Source of the DNA: Malacoraja senta
Taxonomy: Eukaryota
DNA: 64,000 nt
NCBI GenBank assembly: GCA_038087875.1
Contig: CM075982.1
Coordinates: forward strand, 26,722,001 to 26,786,000
Direction: 5' to 3'
The position numbers and the translations under genes are program-made. Below the pieces are notes generated by a model. That model had not been told where the DNA came from. It saw nothing but the letters and a program-made list of their open reading frames with translations, and did no database searches. Below, in pieces: positions 50,127-63,234 of the stretch (within the stretch, counting starts at the first letter, position 1; every line of letters begins with the position of its first letter).

Positions 50127-51663
50127 ATTAATGAACTTTGCTACTCTCTTTGCAAAGTATTATGGTGCATAAAATCAACTAACTGTCCAGGCCGAGAGGA
50201 CATTGGATCTGGTGTCTTTTTCTAGTAGGGCTGTTCACTGAAGCCACGACCATGGAGAGAGTTTCAATATATTTGACTATTCCATGGGTCATTGTTAATG
50301 CTGGAGAGGTCGTTAGTTGGCAAATTACAGAGATTTGACAAAGAGGGAGGTCACTGATTCCATCTTCTGTTGATATCTGCTGACGTGCTGTAGCAAGGAC
50401 ATGAGTGAGGTAGCAGCATGAGGGTTGCATGGAAAGATTGGATATTAACCTTATTGCTCAATGTGAGTGGGATTTGAAGCTGCAAAATTGGGAGTTGGGC
50501 CAATATTGGTACTGTTGCACTGTGACGGGGTGGAAATTGGAGGAGGAGAAATATGACATTATTAGTCACGCCAAATATCTCTACGCGGCAATTTGTGGCT
50601 TATGTTCAAATGAATATTTGATTTCTGTTTGAGCAAAAATTGCAGACCATAAAATATTATTGCCATTCATTTGCAAACAATCAAGGAAAGACACTAAAGT
50701 GCCTCCTTTGCCCACCATCTTCCCTCTGGCATTCCCAGGGGGTCAAAAATGGCAGACCATGGAAGAGGCACATTCTGAAAATGAATTATTGTTTACAATA
50801 AGCTAGGACCCCTTATTCTTATGAATGTATAATGATGTATGGATTGGTGATTTATAGGGAAAAAAAATTAAACTAGGGTGCGAGGAATACGTCAATTAAT
50901 AATTTAATATAATTAATGCTTTCTTTTTAATTTCCTTTTTTTAGAATCTGACATTATTACAACATTTTTGGCATTAACTTGGGAGAAGGGAAAAGTAAGC
51001 CTTGAAAGGGAAATTTAAACGGGACAAGAGGACAAGTTCTGTGCAGATGTTCACAGGCTGACTATAAATCTGCACAGTGGTTAGGGTAAAGTCTGATATA
51101 ATTACATCAGCAAACTCATTGATGTACAAATGGCAACATTTGATTAAATGGGTAGGACACGACAATACAAAACGTGTAGGAAGGGGCTGAAGATGGTGGT
51201 TTAAACCGAAGATAGACACAAAAAGCTGGTAACTCCGGGTCAGACAAAGATATTAACTGACCCGCTGAGTTACTCCAGCTTTTTTTGGGGTCACTACACA
51301 ACAATACAAAGCCAATTAATGCAGGTAGGAAGAGTGTAGGAAAATTTAGGATTATTGTAAGAAACAGATTACCTACCACTTCATGTTTACGTCTTCAAAT
51401 CTCCTCCTGTAAATTTAGTAATACAGGATGGGAACCAGCCCTTCGGCTCCACTCATCCATGCCAACCAAGATGCTTTCCTGAGCTTGTTCCATTTGGTTG
51501 CATTTAGCGCATATCCCTCTAAACCTTTTTTATCCTTAAACCTGTCTAAATGTCTTTAAAATGTTGCACCTGTAGCCATCTCCCCCACTTCCTCTTGTAG
51601 TTCTTTTCATATATACGTAATGATTACAGCAATGTGCATCTGTGCAGAATGTTAATGGAGTAA

Positions 51664-52666
51664 GGGCAGCACGGTGGCTCAGCAGTAGATTTGCTTCCTT
51701 AAGGGCCTGTCCCACTTAGGCGACCTTATTTGTGAGTTCAGGAGACTCTGCGCTCGCCACATGGTCGCCACATGTTCGTAGGTGGTCTGTGGTGTGTCTC
51801 CTTCATGGTCGAGAGGAGTCCCCACATGGTGGTAACTATTCGCAGTCTTGGTCGCGCAAAATTTTTCAACATGTTGGTCGCCATGGAGAAAATCTATACT
51901 TTTGAAGTCGTAGTGCAGTGGTAGTGGGGTCGCCATGTCGTTGTAGGTAGTCGAGGTAGCCGTAGGAAATCTCCTTTGCTGACCGGGCATTTTAATTGGC
52001 TCATGGGGGTGAAAAAACATAAGCACGAGTTTTCAGAACCAAGGAAAACTGACTGATAATGTTATGTGCCCGCTAAACTTCATAGCTGTGTATCTCTGGC
52101 TTATTAAAAGTTGTCTGGCTTCTTAAAAGTCTCACCCCCCTCCCCGCTCTTTAAAGGACTTACCGTACACTGTGCTAGCCGTCTTTAACCGTCCTGTTCA
52201 TCGCGGGTATCACCTTGGCTTTGCACCGTGTAAATTTCAGACAGCGCTTCCCCGCTTTCCCAGGCCCCCGCCTTTGCGATGTGTGTGTGTGTGTGTGTTC
52301 TGCGCTGACGGTCGATCCAGCTCGCAGTTTTCAGGCGAGTGCCCCCGAGCTTGAAGGTTGCAGACAGTCCGCTGAAAAGTCGCGTAAGTGGGACAGGCCC
52401 TTTACAGTGCCAGAGACCCCGGTTCGAAACTAACCACGGGTGCTTTAGGAGTTAGTACGTTCTCCCCATTACCTGGGTAGATTTTCTCCGGGTGCTTCAG
52501 TTTCCTCACACTTTCCAAAGACGTGCAGGGTTGTAGGTTAATTGGCTTCGGTAAAATTATATATTGTAGTGTCTGTGGGATAGTGTTAGTGTGCAGGTAT
52601 CGCTAGTTGGCACGGACGTGTGGGCTAAAGGGCCTAATTCCGTGCTGTATCTCTAAACTAAACTAA
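51664..52666 (+). mobile_element. V-SINE interrupted in its tRNA head by a Harbinger MITE
   Basis: Head 51664-51701 resumes at 52402 (TTACAGTGCCAGAGACC). Confidence 0.85.
51702..52401. mobile_element. 700-bp PIF/Harbinger-type MITE
   Basis: 17-bp TIR AGGGCCTGTCCCACTTA; 3-bp TSD TTA (51699-51701, 52402-52404); CpG-rich. Confidence 0.9.
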
Positions 52667-52679
52667 AATATACACCACC

Positions 52680-53340
52680 TTCCGCATGGTAAACTGGCCT
52701 CTAAGGTCATTTAAATCTTTCCTGGTTTATCTTATGCTTTCTAGTTTTAGACTCCCCTACCCTGGGAGAAAGTCTATGACCATTCACCTTATCTATGCCT
52801 TTTGTATTTTATAAACCTCTCTAAGGCCCACCACTCAGCCTCTTTCACTCAAGGGAAAACCTATCCCAGTCTCTTCTCACAGCTCAAGCTTAATACAATA
52901 CAATACCGTTTATTGTCATTTGAACCTCACATGAAGTTCAAACGAAATTTGGTTTCTGCAGTCATACAACAAGAAAAGAACCAAGACTAAACACAATTTA
53001 CACAAACATCCATTCTTCATGATAATTCATTCATCATAATCACATTCTTCCTATGGTATGCAACCAGAACAGCGCACTATATTCCAGGCGGAGTCTCACC
53101 AATATCCTGTACAGCTAAAACATGGCGTCCCAACTCTTGTACTTATACCTTCTCCAATAAATGCAAGCTTGCTATGCGCCTCCTTCACTGCCTTATCTGA
53201 CTATGTTGCCCCTTTCAGGGAACCATTGTATCCCGAGGTTTCTCTGTTCTACAACATTCCCCAGGGCACTGTTATTTAGTCCTGCCCTGCTTTAACTTAC
53301 CAAAATGCATCACTGAATTCCATCTGCTATTCCTTTGCCC
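52680..53340 (-). mobile_element. CR1 LINE fragment, interrupted at ~52894-53012
   Basis: RC of CR1 RT C-terminus and 3' region. Confidence 0.7.
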
Positions 53341-54259
53341 ACTTCCCCAGCTGATCTGGATCTTTCCCTCTCATAAAAAATACTCCTTTGTCCAGGTTTC
53401 TGGTCACCTACCCTTTGTGCACTGACAGATCTTGCCTGAAAACACTTCTTCAATGTGAATACCAAAGAGATTGTAACCTTGGTTGCCACGTCAAACATAC
53501 CAATCGCAAGACTGGAATAAATCCAGTTTTGGGGACACCGCCATGTTTTATTAGTTCCCTTGACTTTGTACTGAACTGGTTACGTTTAAATCCCATTTAA
53601 AAACAAAACTGCCCACAGTTAACATGAAAATGTATCCTTGATGTCATTCAGGGAAGTGGGTGTTTTTTGAGAATGTTGCTGCATTCTGATATGCTAAAAA
53701 AAATGACATTTCCAAAACAATAATTTTATGAATCACCTATATGGTTATTACTATCTAGCATGAAGTAAGCTAGTTCAAAATGAAATGTGAAAAACAAAGT
53801 GAAATTTGTAAATAAAGCATCATTTACATCAAACATCTTGCAATCTTTCTAGATAAATTTTATTTCAAAGTGCAATTACTGACATTTTAGTATCAGTTGA
53901 GGATGACATGTTCAGAGCTTTTTATAAACTGCTTATAATTAACTTTGTATTTTCAACATTAAGTGAAAAGCAGTGTGATTTATAGAACTTCTCAAGTACT
54001 ATCTGTAAGAGCTGCAAACTTGGAATATTAAGATCTCTCAAAAAGATGTTCAGAGTTTTGATCCATGGATATAATTCTTCAAATATTCCCCGTCCACCCA
54101 AACAAAACATGCACTACCTCACCTTCATCACAGACGCCTAATAAATAACAATAATAAACCACGCAATAGCTTTGAATTCCTGTTTGTTATTCTTGTGTGT
54201 ATTATTAACAATCATCTGCACCAAATATTTTAGAAAATGTTGTATGTGAATGCATTTAA

Positions 54260-54569
54260 GTGGTGGCACAATGGTACACTTGGTAAAACTGCTGCCTCGC
54301 AGCGCCAGAGATCTAGGTTCTATCCTGACTTTGGGTGTTGTCTGTGTGAAGTTTGAACAATCTCCCTGTAACCGCGTGGGTTTCCTCCCACATCCCAAAG
54401 ACATGCGGGCTCGTAGGTTAATTGGGCTCTGTAAATTGTCCCTAGTATGTTGGGTGTGGATGCAAACATGGGATAATATAGAACTAGTGTGAATGGTTGA
54501 TCGATGGTCGGCATGGACTCGGTGGGCCGAAGGACCAGTTTCTATGCTGTATCGCTAAACTAAACTAAA
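54260..54569 (+). mobile_element. V-SINE (HE1-like)
   Basis: tRNA head, V-core, CTAAACTAAACTAAA tail. Confidence 0.85.
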
Positions 54570-54808
54570 TTTGGCTGGTTATAATTTGACAATGATTCTA
54601 TTAACTTTTTTTATTGATAATAAGAAATGAAAAATATATTTTGTAATGAAAAAGCTATTTTGTAAGTTAAGTACATTCATGACTCAGTTGATTAGGTTTA
54701 AATAATTAACATTGACATTTCTCACTGTGATGTCACATTTGTGGAGATTTAAGCTGCTATTTGTTTTCCTTCCATTTTATGAGACTAAATATAGAATATT
54801 GTTTCCAG

Positions 54809-55080
54809 GTTCACCTTCTCCTCAATCACACTTACTGGGTGCAAGACTCCAAAGTGCCCCAACTCTTACTGATATCTACCAGAGCAAACAAAAACTCCGT
54901 AAGCAGCACTCGGAGCCAGTCTATCCTCCGTCTGCAGCGTATGGCTGTAGCCATTCTCCACAGCCTGGTAGACCAGTCAGCCTTGGCACCTCCCCAACAA
55001 AACACATGGGAACATCTCCGCGAAGTTCTGACTGGCTGCATAAAACTCCCTTGCCCACTATCATTGGATCGCCAACAAAG
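54809..55080 (+). CDS. ULK2: ULK2 exon 16 in window, contains RLQSAP motif
   Basis: tccag|GT...AAG|gtgagt; 272 bp; [25 protein letters not shown]...[13 protein letters not shown]. Confidence 0.98.
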
Positions 55081-55189
55081 GTGAGTGAACGTTAATGGTT
55101 ATGCTGTTTGCTTCCATGGAAGCGAGTTGGGATAGGTGTTCCAATGCCTTTCAGATGAATTTCAGTTTAACATATGTGTGCTACCATAG

Positions 55190-55383
55190 ACTACTGCTCC
55201 ACTCAAGCTACCTAAAACTCAAGCGTCTTCCAATTTGCTTGCCTTGGCTGCACAGCAAGAATTAACTGAGAGTCCGCCAATACAGTCGAAAGCCATGCTG
55301 GAGGCCAGAGAGTTCTGCATCTGTCACCCACAAGCAAGTTCTAAACGTACAGCTTCTGAGGAGAACAAAACTACTTTTGGCAG
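55190..55383 (+). CDS. ULK2: ULK2 exon 17 in window
   Basis: catag|ACT...AG|gtacca; 194 bp, after a 109-bp intron; TTAPLKLPKTQASSNLLAL...TTFG. Confidence 0.94.
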
Positions 55384-56333
55384 GTACCATTTTCTTTATT
55401 TGGTGTCTCTGGAAATGATGTTAACCCATGTTCTGTTGTATTAAGAAAAAAAACATATACTTTCTGGGCAAGAAAAACATTGCTCCTAGAGGCTTGATGG
55501 GTTGGATCCAATCTTGTACTAACTATTGGGAGAGAGCGCAAAAGGAATTTTATTGTCCATGTGGTCTAAGCTATAACTGACTTGAGGATGACACAAGAAA
55601 CTGAGGATGCTGACTTGAAGGTGCTTCGTCCTGATGAAAGAGCCGCAAGACATTGTGGTATCCATCAGGAAAACACAAAGTGCTGGAGTAACTCAGCCAG
55701 TCAGGCAGCATCTGTGGAGGGAATGGACGGGCTCCATTTCAGGTTGGGATCCTCCTTCAGATTGGAGCCAAAACATCGCCTGTCCATTCCCTCCACACCT
55801 GCTGCCTGACCCACTGAGTTAGCTCAGCACTTTGTGTTTATCTCAAGATTCCAGCATCTGCAGTTCCTTGAGTCTCCAATGCGGTATACTTCTTCAAATA
55901 AAGTCCTGCCAGCTCTGGTTCAGAGCTGAAGAAATCCTCACAGCTGAGGAGCTGCTGCACAAATCCAGGAAACATCTGTTGTTATTGTCACCCTGGGACC
56001 ATTCACTCCGATCAAAGGAAACCAGTGACATTCTCTCTCCCATTGCTGAAATAAGTTATCAGTGACATATCTCATGGTGGGGCTATGGTATATAAATGGC
56101 TGTTTTTTTTACATTCGTGTCTACATTCAAAAGTGCTTCATTGGCTGTAAATGCCTTAACAACATCCTGAGATTCTGACTGAATCGATGTTAAGGCTTGT
56201 TATTGTTATAAAAAAATTCTCCCCTCAAATAACCCCAATATTCTGGCAAGTATATGCTCTTTAAAGTTCTTTAATCAACAGAGGAAAGACCACATTAAAC
56301 CTGGTTTAAAAATAAATTTGAATCTTTTTGCAG

Positions 56334-56443
56334 ATCTGTAAGTACTGGAAAATTATCTGATCAAGTGACAAAGACCACATTTGGAGGCCATACCTATCAG
56401 GGCAGCACCGACAGTCTGAATACCGAGCGTCCAATGGATATAG
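56334..56443 (+). CDS. ULK2: ULK2 exon 18 in window
   Basis: ttgcag|A...ATAG|gtaaag; 110 bp; [10 protein letters not shown]...[15 protein letters not shown]. Confidence 0.97.
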
Positions 56444-57520
56444 GTAAAGATAATTGCTCCTCACTTTGCTGTGATAACATCTCTTCAATTCTGGCCTTGT
56501 GGCAATGATGTCCATTTGGCTTTTGGTACCCTGTCTCTGCTCCATAAAAATATTTTATAAATACCTTCCTGCCCTTTTGTTTAAGGCTGTTGATATTTCT
56601 ATTTTTAGTCTTACTCGACCAACAGAGCAGTCAGGTGATCTTCTCCGTATTCACTGTGGAGCTGCTGCTTCAAACCTTTGATTTATTTTACAAAGGCCGT
56701 CATTAAAGGATTGTTCATTGCATGGATGTTTTGGTGTGGAGGCTTTCCAACTGATGGTCAGTGTGCTGTCAAGGTGCCTTTTCACCCAGCTGTGGCACAG
56801 CTCCCCATTGTGCATTAAATCAGCTGATTTTAAACTGGCTTGTAAATACGGAGTTTTACAGTTAACACAGACCTTCATATTGTTATACGTGCATGCAGAA
56901 ATGGCTCAATGAGAAAGTATCGGAGGGCTGCAGCTTTCCTGCACTATAAGTTCATGTAAACTACTGCAGGAGAGGGGAGCACTGAAACAAGCTTTAAAAA
57001 GCAAAGAAAAAAAATGTGTGGCAGCCTGTGAAGAAATGGTTGAGTTTAGTTTATTGTCACGTGTAACGAGGTACAGTGAAAATCTTTTGTTGCATGCTAA
57101 CCTGTCAGCAAAAATACATTACATGATTACAATCGAGCCATCCACAATGTACAGATACATGATAAAGGGAATAATGTTTAGTGCAAGAGAAATGGAATGG
57201 ATAGTTTAAGTTTTGTTGCATGTAACTGAATGATTTCTAGCATTGCAACTTTACCTTCCACTTCTGATCCTTCCTGTTATCCAGGAGAATGGGCTGTCTA
57301 AAGTCATAACTGGAGACAAAAAAGACTGCAAATGCTGCGACCTTGAGCAAAGACAAACATTGCTGAAGTAACTCAGAAGGTCAGGCAGCACCAATCTGAA
57401 GCGGGGTTCCACCCAAAACATTTCCCTCCACAGTTGTTGCCTGGCCAGTTGAGTTCCTCCAGCAGTTTGTTTTATGTTTAGCTGAAATTCCTTTACTGAG
57501 TGCGCAACTGCAGCTTGATA

Positions 57521-57737
57521 AGAAGAAGCCTCAAAATGCTGGAGTATCTCAGGCAGCATCTCTGGAGAACATAGATAGGTAAAGTTTCGGGTTGAGACCC
57601 TTCTTCAAATTCAGAGTCTGAAGAAGGTTCCCGACCCGAATCATCGCCTATCCATGTTCGCCAGCGATGTTGCCTGACCGTTGAGTTAATCCTGCACTTT
57701 GTGTCTTTTATAAAGCAGCATCTGCAGTTCCTTGTTT
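57521..57737. mobile_element. Palindromic hammerhead element (CACCTATCCATG-type subfamily)
   Basis: Inverted arms; 13-bp TSD CTGCAGCTTrATA at 57508-57520 and 57738-57750. Confidence 0.78.
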
Positions 57738-58000
57738 CTGCAGCTTAATAGGTTTTGTGTTCTACCCACTCAGTTGGCCAAATCGCATCAGAAACTCATG
57801 GGAATAATTTTGAGATGTGTTTGTTGCAACAGAATGCTATAACCCAATTAGTTCATGCATGTTTGTTTGGTGCAGAGTGGAAATAGTGCACAAAGTGTCA
57901 GCAGATTCTGTTTTGTATGTCCTCTGATGATACCTTTTGCAGTTTGCACATTTTGCACTATTTCTTCCTGTTTGCATGATTTATTTTTCTTTCTGCCCAG

Positions 58001-58153
58001 CTCCTGCAGGCGCTTGTGGTCTGACAATGGGTTCCCCTGCCATGGTGATAGGAGTAAGCCCAAGGACTGTGGTGTTCACTGTAGGTTCACCGCCAAGTAG
58101 TGTCACCCCTCCCCATAGCAGTCACATGGTCACCAGAGCAAGGACAATGTCAG
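58001..58153 (+). CDS. ULK2: ULK2 exon 19 in window, contains FTVGSPP
   Basis: cccag|CT...CAG|gtaagt; 153 bp; APAGACG...VVFTVGSPPSS...RARTMS. Confidence 0.96.
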
Positions 58154-58229
58154 GTAAGTCTTGGCTCCTGTCACAATGTAAATTGTACACCAATACTAAT
58201 CCCCCTACGGTCTTTACAGGCACGTAGAG

Positions 58230-58500
58230 ATATTGCCTCACAGCCCGAGAGATGGGGGTTCGATCCTGACCTTGGGTCCTGTGTGTGTGTGTGTGTGTGT
58301 GTGGAGTTTGCATGTTCTCCATTTCCTCCAGGTGCTCCAGTCTCCTCCTGCATCCCAAAGACGGACGGGTTCGTAGGTTCATTGGCCTTTGTCAATTGTC
58401 CCTTGTGTGTAGGGAGTGCATGCAAAAGTGTGATAAGTTGTGATAGGTCAGCGTGGACTTGGTGGGCCGATGGTCCTGTTCCATGCTGTATTGCACTAAA
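58230..58500 (+). mobile_element. V-SINE with internal (GT)n expansion
   Basis: B-box GGTTCGATCC, (GT)n at ~58279-58302, V-core, tail. Confidence 0.8.
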
Positions 58501-58960
58501 CTTCCCTCAACGTGTTATCTGAGAAAGACTTGGGGATCACAGTTGGCCTTTAAATGATTATCCAACAGACATTATTCAAAGTGATCAAACAGCCTTTATT
58601 TTAAAATAATATTATGGGCATGAAGAATGTTATCCGAAAATAGTCCTAATTTTCTGATATGTTAGAATGTGTGTTGTGCAGATTAAATATGTTTGCCGTT
58701 ATCTTTTACTCTGTCGGATATGGATCAGGTGCAGACAGATGAGTGTTAGTTTATCTTGGCATCATGTTCAGCACGGACATTGTGGGCTGAAGGGCCTGTT
58801 CCTGTACTGTAATATTCTGTGTTTGGCTGTTCTAAAGTCATTTTAAAATTCTTCTAATTTAGCTTCAGTTTACTATTGTATTTATTCTATATCCTTCATT
58901 AAGATGCTACACCTTGTGGCTGCCAACTTCTGCTTAGTTTTTCTCCCCTCTTCCTTGCAG

Positions 58961-59169
58961 TTGGCTCGGGCAGCCCGCTGGGATCTCTGTGCTCTAACAG
59001 TGGGCGGATTTACATGGGTTCCCCGCCAGGTGGTTCCATGGGTACCTCGCCTCCTGGAGTAGAGGGTCCCTCCAGTCTGAAGTACATGACGTTTGGTACC
59101 TCGCCTCCAAGTTTGGAAGGATTTATCACATTTGAAGCTCCAGAGCTTCCAGAAGAGACTTTAATGGAG
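58961..59169 (+). CDS. ULK2: ULK2 exon 20 in window
   Basis: ttgcag|TT...GAG|gtgagc; 209 bp; ...[23 protein letters not shown]. Confidence 0.97.
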
Positions 59170-59809
59170 GTGAGCTCTTTTAACAGTTCGAATTAAAAAA
59201 AATAAAACTCTCACTTCTCTTGCTCCATAAAGTGCGTGGTGACTCTCAGCTTCCAAATAAGTATCGCAATGGAACAAAGCTAATGTTGTAATCTGTACAG
59301 GCTAATGTTAATTAAACAGTACATTTTAAGTTCTTGCATTTAAGCGTAAGCTAACATGGTAATCTTTGCAATGGAAAATACAATTGTATGTGCTGTGCCT
59401 TACTGATCGTGGATTTAGATTGTTATGTTTTTGAGATTCCTAAATTACTGAACTAATCTTTTAAGTGACCTGATACTGCATTCAAGAATGTATGAAAACA
59501 CATCGGTCATTTAAATATCAGTTCCATCCCCTTCACAACACTGGACAAGTTTCCTTACTTTCCAACCTTCTTGAAAATACTCAGCATATCTGGCCGCATC
59601 TGTGGGAAGAGAAAGAGAGGTCACATTTTAGGGTGAAGACCCTCCATCTGTTCGGACTAAGCATTAGCTCTGTTTCTTTTCGCACAGAAAATAACGTGGC
59701 CTGACTTCTCTGTTTTTATTTTACATTTCCAGCGACTGCAGTTTTTGTTTGATTTTCACTTGCTTACATCTCAGTAATTTGATCTCTCAAAGGGTAATTT
59801 TTTATGTAG

Positions 59810-60270
59810 GTTATGTTTAAGTCATGTGTACCAAGATACAGCGAAAAACTTTGTTTTTCATGCTATCCAAACAGATCAGATATACCACACATAAATACAA
59901 TCAAGTCGAACACAAGTACAATAAATAGAGGAAATGGGAAGATACAGAATGCAGAATATAAATCTCACCATTGTAGAGCATCGATTCCATAGACAAAGTC
60001 TCAATGAGGAGAGGTGAATCGGACAGTACCCTAGCTCATATATGGCAGGACCATTCACAAGCCTGATAACAGAGGGAAGAAGCTGTTCCTGAGTCTGGTG
60101 GTGCGCACTTTCAAGCTTCTGTACCTTGATTATGTTAACTGCTTTTTCAAGGCAGCATGAAGTGAAGATGGAGTCAATGGTGGGCCGTCTGGTGTGTGTG
60201 ATGCACTGGGCTACATCTCCAACTTTCTGCAATTTCTTACGGTCTTGGGCTGAGCTGTTCCCAAACACAC
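59810..60270 (-). mobile_element. Rex1/Babar LINE 3' fragment
   Basis: FGNSSAQDRKKLQKV..AQ.IT...PTIDSIFTS.CL.KA.NIIK, typical Rex1 RT C-terminus, plus tail. Confidence 0.85.
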
Positions 60271-60879
60271 CCTGAGCACAAAACTTTGTTCTGTTTGTGC
60301 ATCATTGGTGCTTGCTTCTCTACCATTCATTCCTGGTGTCCTTGGAAAACCTCAATACCCAAAATACCCTCCCTCCAAGCTTTCCCATTGCAGTCATAGC
60401 TCATCTTGTTGGGGTGAATGGTGGAATGCATGAACAAAGGGAAGTTTGGATGGTATCAGCCAAAAGCCAACAACCTGAAAAAGTTGGGCTGAAGGGCCAG
60501 TTTCCATATTGTATACTGTGACTTTAATATGGAGCTAGTTTATAACACAATGAAGTGATATTGCCCAAGAGTCCTTGTGGAAAATACAATTTCACAGCAT
60601 TAAATAAAATCAGTGTCATTTAAAGTGCCTGTTGCTACGGACACATCCAAACAGAGTGAAAAGCTGTTATGACTGGCTGTGTCGAACACTCCAACACAAC
60701 TAATACAGAGCTTTCACTCTGCTCTAGCGGCAGAGTTTGTGAAGCTACTTAAAATGGTACTGCCATCAAAGGATCAACATAAATAAACTGCTTTGCACCT
60801 AGGCTTCACTGTCAGTGTTGCCTTGTTTAGCCCACTGCACAATGTGAGGAATCACGCACTCGCACACCCCACCCCCCCC

Positions 60880-61280
60880 CACCCATCTACACTTCACGCC
60901 GTCTGTGAAAGGCAGCAAACTTTATCAAAGACCTCCTCCCTACTCCCGTTGGGCAGAAGATACGGAAGCTTGAAAGTGCACAACACCAGACTCAAACAGC
61001 TTCTTCCACTCTGTTACCAGACGACTGAATGGTCCTTCCACGGTAAGATCCTCCCTCACCATAATCGGGTACGGTCCCGATTCCCCAACCAACCTCGTGG
61101 TGGGCATTGGACTTTGCCTCTGGAACTGTTACGCTACAATGCTGAGAAACTATATTCTGCACTCTGGTATCTTTCACTTCGTTCCACCTTTAGTACTTGT
61201 GTGTGGCTTGCTTGTATTCATGCATATTATCTGATTTGATTGGATAGCATCCAAACAAAATCTTTTCACTGTACCCTGAT
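60880..61280 (+). mobile_element. Rex1/Babar LINE 3' fragment, inverted relative to 59810-60270
   Basis: LLPLGRRY.SLK..NTRLK and the shared ...TTTTCACTGTACC tail. Confidence 0.8.
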
Positions 61281-61774
61281 AGAATGCTAGACTTAAACCT
61301 AGTGGCAAAGGCAGTGATGCAAAATGGATCCAAGCAGTGAGGAATATTTAAGTATGCTATCACATTTGAATTGCTGCTGTAACGTACTGTAGGTTTCCTG
61401 AAATTTCCGACAGATGTTTGTCTTATGAATTTTGTAGCCAATGCAAAATCTTCCACAAATCCCAGTGTGTTGTGATTTGTAGTTGTACAAACAAGGTAGA
61501 CGCAAAATGCTGGAGTAACTCAGCGGGATAGGCAGCATCTCTGGAGAGAAGGAATGGGTGACGTTTCGGGTCGAGACCCTTATTTGGATCCGGAATCTCT
61601 GGCGTCTTAGGGGCGCCCGAACATTTGTAAAAGACATTTCTCTGCAACATAACAGGAAATAACCAGAGATTAAGCATATTTATATTTGTGGACTCTGAAA
61701 CAGTGTGCAATGGTAGAGACGGGAAGGAAGGGGACGTTATGTGGAGAACCTGAAGGAGAGCTTATCTTGTTATA

Positions 61775-62063
61775 GAGATACAGCATGGAAACTGGCCCTT
61801 CACCCCACCGAGTCCATGCCAACCGTCGATCACACGTTCACACCCATTCTATGTTATCCCCTTTTCATTCACACTAGGAGCAATTTAGAGGCCAAATAAC
61901 CTACAAACCTGCATGTCTTTGCCATTTGGGAAGAAACTGGAGCACCCAGAGGAAACCCAGGTGGTCACAGGGAGAACGTGCAAACTCCACATAGATAGTA
62001 CCCAAGGACAGGATCAAACCCGGCTCTCTGGCACATTGAGGCAGCAACTGCGCCACTGTGCCA
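61775..62063 (-). mobile_element. V-SINE (HE1-like)
   Basis: RC consensus from tail to tRNA head. Confidence 0.82.
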
Positions 62064-63234
62064 ATATTTTGTTCTGATCTATTTAATCCCTTTAACTGAT
62101 ATAAGTGCGGTTACAACTGGACGTAAAGCTTGTCTAGTAAATGATGATGGTTACAATACTGCTGGAAATCGAACAATTAAATGCTTGAGAGACATGGATG
62201 AACAGAAACAACGGCTGTTCCCAGGTCTCCTGGTGAGCTTGCTGTTGAGCATGCTCCACTCTTGGTGGGCGGTGGCACTACGCATACATTTAGAACATCA
62301 GCTGATGCTGCTGCATCCCCAGAGTGTAAAGAACAGCTGAAGCGTAAACAAACTATCTTTGGCTATTTAAAAGGCTCCGATCTTCCTGAAAATAGTCACC
62401 AATCCCTTCATCACTTCTTGATGGCCTTTGGCCACAACTCGTGGTCAATGGAAACACATCAAAATAAAATCATCCTTTTGAGTTTTGTTTAAAAAAAAAC
62501 CTGAGTTACTGAAAAATTTCATTTTTGTTCCGATCTTGGCAATGTTTTAACATTTTCAAGTGCACACCACTTGCACATGTTAGTTTCATGTCTCTGAGCC
62601 AGCTGCCTTGTACAAAACATGTTGTGCCTTTTATTTCCAAATCATACCACCCCTATTCTGCTGCCAAGGTCTCGGCCTTTTGTGCATCACACTTTATTGC
62701 AACCCTCTAGCTCGCCATTTAAAATCTTTACTCTTTGCAGCCCGAGAACAGTTCCCATCTTTGGTCCCTTCAGTCCATGTTGTTAACTTCACTCATGGCT
62801 CTTTAAAAAAAAAAAATTGTTTAATCTACTTTAATGTTTAATGTATCAGAAACCAAACCCTTTATAAGTCAAAGCTGAATATATGACCATCTGCTGAGAG
62901 GCAGTATTTTGAGAGTTTCTTATTTTTAACTCCAGGGAAACCTCATCCCATCCCAAGGCTTCATCTTGAAGGTACGACTGAAGTTATCATTCTTAACTGC
63001 ATCAGAAAAAAAGAATATCTAGTTTCTCACAATCATTATGGTGTACCTTCAATTTTTTTTTTTAACAAACCGCCAAGGCATTAGCGTGTGAATTGTTTGA
63101 TTTCCTAAGAATAATATTCAACCTACGATTATCATCAATATAATTTACATTCAGAGCCTAAGGCTTTTATAATGATTTGTGAAACTGAAGTTGACGCAGT
63201 ACTGTTGAAATTATTGTGTTTTGTCTGACAAAAA

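Noticed and set aside
59041-59108. 14-bp direct repeat GGTACCTCGCCTCC within an exon
   Set aside because: Explained by the repeated peptide GTSPP; too short to claim more.
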